This document shows positions 32,896-40,093 of a stretch of DNA of 40,093 bases, one piece after another; position 1 is the stretch's first letter; every line of letters starts with the position of its first letter. The DNA is from a bacterium (GTDB taxonomy: Bacteria; SAR324; NAC60-12), in NCBI GenBank assembly GCA_965233585.1, contig CBDDTI010000382.1, forward strand, positions 1 to 40,093. Direction: 5' to 3'. A model generated the notes under the pieces. That model was not told the DNA's origin. It did not search any database and worked only from the letters and a program-made list of their open reading frames with translations. The position numbers and the translations under genes are program-made.

Positions 32896-33093
32896 AACTT
32901 TTCTCCTCAAAAGTTGTAAAAAGTTGATATTTCGCCTAAACAGAAGTTTCTTAAACTATTCAAAAAGTTCTATTAGGCAATTCATAGGCCTCATTCCCTA
33001 AAATTGACAATCAGCGCCATCTCTTGCATTTCAATTGAAGCTTGATGCTCAAAGACTATGAAAGGACCTTCATGTCCCTAAAGTTGGAGAATT

Positions 33094-33256
33094 AGCACAT
33101 AAACATCTGGTGGCTGAAAATCTGTGTCAATGCTCAATTTTGTGGCCTGTCTTACTTTTGTGTAATCACAAAATTAAGGCCTGTCTTAATTTTGTGTAAT
33201 CATTGACACAAAATTGAGCATTGACACAATTTTCAGCTGCCAGATGTTTAGGTGCT
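33094..33256. mobile_element. Palindromic MITE-like element
   Basis: agcacataaacatctggtggctgaaaatctgtgtcaatgctcaattttgtg vs cacaaaattgagcattgacacaattttcagctgccagatgtttaggtgct. Confidence 0.7.
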
Positions 33257-35848
33257 TAACCTGTTGAGAGAGGCTTCAATTTTTCTGTTTGTGACATGGC
33301 ACAGTGTGCATTCAGAGGGGAAACAGATTTTTTAAATTTTCTTGCATTGAAGTAGGAAATAGGAAAACTTTCTCTTTTTTGTGTGTTTTCTTGCATAAAA
33401 AGTGCAATATGTGTGGTAATTTGTTGCTTTGGATTATATTATTAATGTTTGGTGTAAAAGTATGAATATTTAGTGAGAATGAATTTATATGCAGCAAATT
33501 ATTCCTTTCTCTTTTTTGTCGTCACGATAAAGATGAATGTGGATGCAACAAGGACGTTGATGAATCTTTGGAGAAAATTTCGAGTGTGCCAGGTTCTAAG
33601 AATGAATGACCAGCCTTGGATGAGTATGTGGAGGAACCAAATTGTTGTTGCACATTTAAGGAATGACAATTCCTCATCTTTGCCTGTAAAATATATAGAA
33701 TGAGAGACAAAAAAGAAAACAAGCAGCTTGATTGAACATCTAAACAATATCTCTTTTTCTTTCCTCAAATATATCTCTTTTTATGGAACAGTTCAAATTT
33801 CAAACTTGTATATATACTAACACAGAGTCAAACTTTTATAGACCTTTCTAGAATTTCTCTTTTTATTTTCCCAATAATTTTAAAACCCTCATTTCTCACC
33901 AGGTAGCTGAGATTTAAAGGACTCATGACTTTAAGAGACACTGTCATTTAATATCTTCAATTTAGCTGATTTTCAGTCACCATTTGAAAGAGGTTGCCAT
34001 CATTTTTTGGACATTTTTGTACCTGTAGCTTAATCAGGGACTCTAAGGTCATAGCTAACTATTAATATCCTAACCTACAGTACCTTAAACTCTACTGACA
34101 TGAAAAACTAGCATTGGTATAAGGCTGAATAAAATAAGGCTTGAAGGATTTATATTAGTTTGGTTTACTCATGTGATTGAGATAACCCTTGTGATTTGTT
34201 GAGTGACAAAAAAAATAGATGGTGTTTTTTATTTAGAACTGGTTTTCATATTTGTATTGGTAAATCATATGCAGATAGCTCAAAGCAACTATTTCATTTC
34301 CTGAATGAGAAGGGCAAATCATGGTAGGCCATTTTGAATTTCTATAATCCGTGAAAATCTTTTTCATCCTGGTTCAAAAATTGTAGACTTGGCCTAAAAC
34401 AAATAATATTGTTGTTAACCTATATTTGTAACCATCAAATTCATGGTAATTAATAGGTTTTCATTAATACTTTTTCATTTTAAAATTCTTATTTCCATCA
34501 ATTTTCCGTCAACAGGAAATAGAAGCTTAACTTAAAAAGGACAGAGAACCAAACAAAAACAAAAACTGCATTGAAACTGGATCAGAAAGATCCATGACAT
34601 TCTCATTGTAAAAAGTTTTCCTGTAAAATGCAAAAAAATTAATAAATCATTCTATTTTCTGTCATTAATAAGTGGACAGTTTCCCTTGCTATGCTGAATT
34701 ATCATCTTTAGAATCATAATTCATTTAATTACAAATCTGCTGTTTTGATGTATCTATTAAAAATCACATCCGGAATTTTTGCAATCACCATCTAACAGAT
34801 ATGTTTTTATAGTGCTTTGTACAAAACTTCAAGGACCATTTCCTATTGATAGATATTTTTAGGTAAACCAACTACCAATAACATTATGAGAAGACTTATT
34901 TTATGATCAACCTTATACGCATAAATATTTCATGCCACAAAGGCTTTAAGGGCTGCAGGAATATTCCTAGGTTAGCTAGAACCCTTAAAGTTGTGATACA
35001 TAAAGACTTTCCAGTAATCAAATCTTTTTTGATTAGATGAAAAATCTTCATGTTATTTAGGCTCTGCATCATAGAGGTATTATGTATTGCTTAATAACTC
35101 TATGCTCTGGATACACCTTGCGATGCAAAAATGCAAATAAAATTTTACATTTTTAATAAAAGCTCTTATGGATTGATGACACTCATTTATTTGTAAATTA
35201 TTCCCTTGCATGTTTTCAATCCGTTTTTAATACCCTTTAATAAGTATGACATTTTGTGATTGAGGATGTTACATTGTATCAAAAATAACTTGCCCACTAT
35301 CAACTGAGACAATACACGCGAATATGTATAATCTACTCAAACAGGTTATACATGAGATATGTAACTTCTTAGAACCTACTGCTCATAGACCTTATACCAG
35401 ATTAGAGGAAGAAGGCAGACTTGAACATGTCCTCCACTAAGTAAAAATATATTGTGGGAGGAAACTGAATATTGTAGGTTCTCGCATAGTTAGCATTTTA
35501 TTACTGGAAAGTGAGGAAAGATTCAGGCAAGATTCCATGAATTTTTTCTCTCTCAGAATCTCAGTGCGAACGGAGCTGCAGTCTTTTTACTTAAGTATAG
35601 TAATGTTCCTCCTTGAGATTTTGTCAGTCATGATGGAGGCAAAGATTTTAGGACTGGCCCTCTAATCTAATATTTGCTTTGAGCCACTCCTCTACTGTCT
35701 GTTGGTTTTTAAAAGTTTTGCTGTGTGTTTATCTTTCTGTCCTAACACAGCTGTGTACCACTATGTAACACAATTTTGTCCAATGGCTAAGTTGAACAGA
35801 TGTAAATATGAGCGTTATAGTTGAATCATTTATGGGGATTTTCCAGAC

Positions 35849-38781
<2,933 letters not shown>

Positions 38782-40093
38782 AAGGTTTTTGAATCTGAAA
38801 TATCTTTTAAAATGATATGAAAAATGAACTCCCTTTTAAAAGGAGACATTGATGAAGAAAGAGAAATCGTTCTACGCTCAATTACCTGTTCCTCTTCCTG
38901 TTCAACCTTTTTGGCATCCTTGATCATGGCTTGCCTGATGGGTTCGTGAACTTTCGGCTCATAAGGTGAAAACGTCAGGTAATGGGGATCATCAGTCGAT
39001 GATGGGGAAAATATTCTGTCCCTCCATTCATTGACACACTCCCTAACCCTCCTCTTGAACAATTCACCTCCACCTTTGCTCTTTTCATTGTACCTTTGAA
39101 ATATAAAAGACCTCAAAATTGATATTTTGTTACCACAACTAGAAATTTTCTTCACAGAGTACTATTATATACATAGAGGAACACTAGAGCCTTGTGCATG
39201 GTGGGGTAACCAACAGAGACATTAGCTAGCCAGGTGCATGGGACCGAGAGATGAATATCACAAATTCTTGCATAAATTAGATATCTATCCTTCTTTTATC
39301 TTGCTGTGTTGCATCTATATCACCTGAATAGGTCTGATATGCTTAATGCAAGAAAGATCCAATAATTTGTGACATTCATCTCTCGGTCATTTATAAAATA
39401 CCAGAGAAATGCTTTTTTCCCGTTCATCTATGAGTATAATATATCTATGATTTTCTTTGCTCACAAGTCAGCTGCTTCCAGATTAACTGGTTCTTCTATA
39501 TCAATTTTATAAAAGCTTCTTCGAAGGTATAACAAAATCTGCCAAATATGATTGACATTCCGCCTCCATTTCTTCAATGGCCCCCTTCTCACATCATATT
39601 CATGAGGATGTTCAGGATTAATTAAAGGATGGAAGACTTCATGCTCAAAGAAGACTCTCTGCAAAGAAAAATTGCATTGTTAATTTTTTGGGGGAATCGC
39701 ATGTTAAATTAACGCCGTGTTATTCATTTAAATGATCAATGTGATTTTCAAGAACTCTTTCAAAAAACTTTTAGACTACAATAGCTCTCGGGGCAGATTT
39801 ATGAAGTAGTATTGATCGACTACGTATGTGGCACCATTATCGGCGTACAAGCGGGGAAGGGGGGGTCCACCCCCACCACCTCCCCGCCACCCTCCAAAAA
39901 TTTACAGTACCCCCATGCTTCAAAAATTCAACATCATAAGCCTTTTCAAAAAACCCCGCAAGGGTTTTCCTGACAGAAACCCTAAAATTTTTTTCGGCCT
40001 CTGGATGAATTTATTTTTTTTACTTTCATCATAAGTTGTCCCCTAAAGATCACCAAAAAATGGTCACTTTTTTATGTGAAAGCTTTTCAGCAT

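Noticed and set aside
31419..33060. Recurrent cagcgccatct / agatggcgct motifs as CTCF insulator sites
   Set aside because: They occur within a short dispersed repeat (31419, 33011) and cannot be distinguished from TE remnants by sequence alone.
33312..33768. Short ORFs in the intergenic region (also 28373-29086, 31134-31409, 3667-4017)
   Set aside because: Low-complexity AT-rich or intronic/MITE sequence with no recognisable domains.

Overview
This window is AT-rich eukaryotic DNA, probably from an arthropod (short GT-AG introns, TTAGG repeats, TCAKTY initiators). Most of it is a ~20.6 kb Polinton/Maverick-type endogenous virus (4503-25140) bounded by ~0.55-0.6 kb terminal inverted repeats. 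The element has the expected core genes: protein-primed PolB, packaging ATPase, adenain-like protease, double-jelly-roll capsid, penton and rve integrase with chromodomain. It also has several unusual features. (1) It carries an adjacent TBP-like and TFIIB-like gene pair, plus a possible PC4-like gene, but no RNA polymerase. (2) Its pPolB gene is split by four short spliceosomal introns whose removal restores the conserved motifs. (3) The putative terminal-protein region is separated from the polymerase by an in-frame stop, and the adjacent vOTU-like catalytic Cys appears lost, an adenovirus-like arrangement. (4) It has two tandem major capsid paralogs and a double-domain penton. The right end abuts a 5'-truncated carboxylesterase gene within an ~11.3 kb host tandem duplication (esterase, AKTIP/crossbronx and a NACHT-WD40 fragment). 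The left flank holds a decayed LINE-like RT and MITEs. All family assignments are from motif recognition by eye; no database searches were run.
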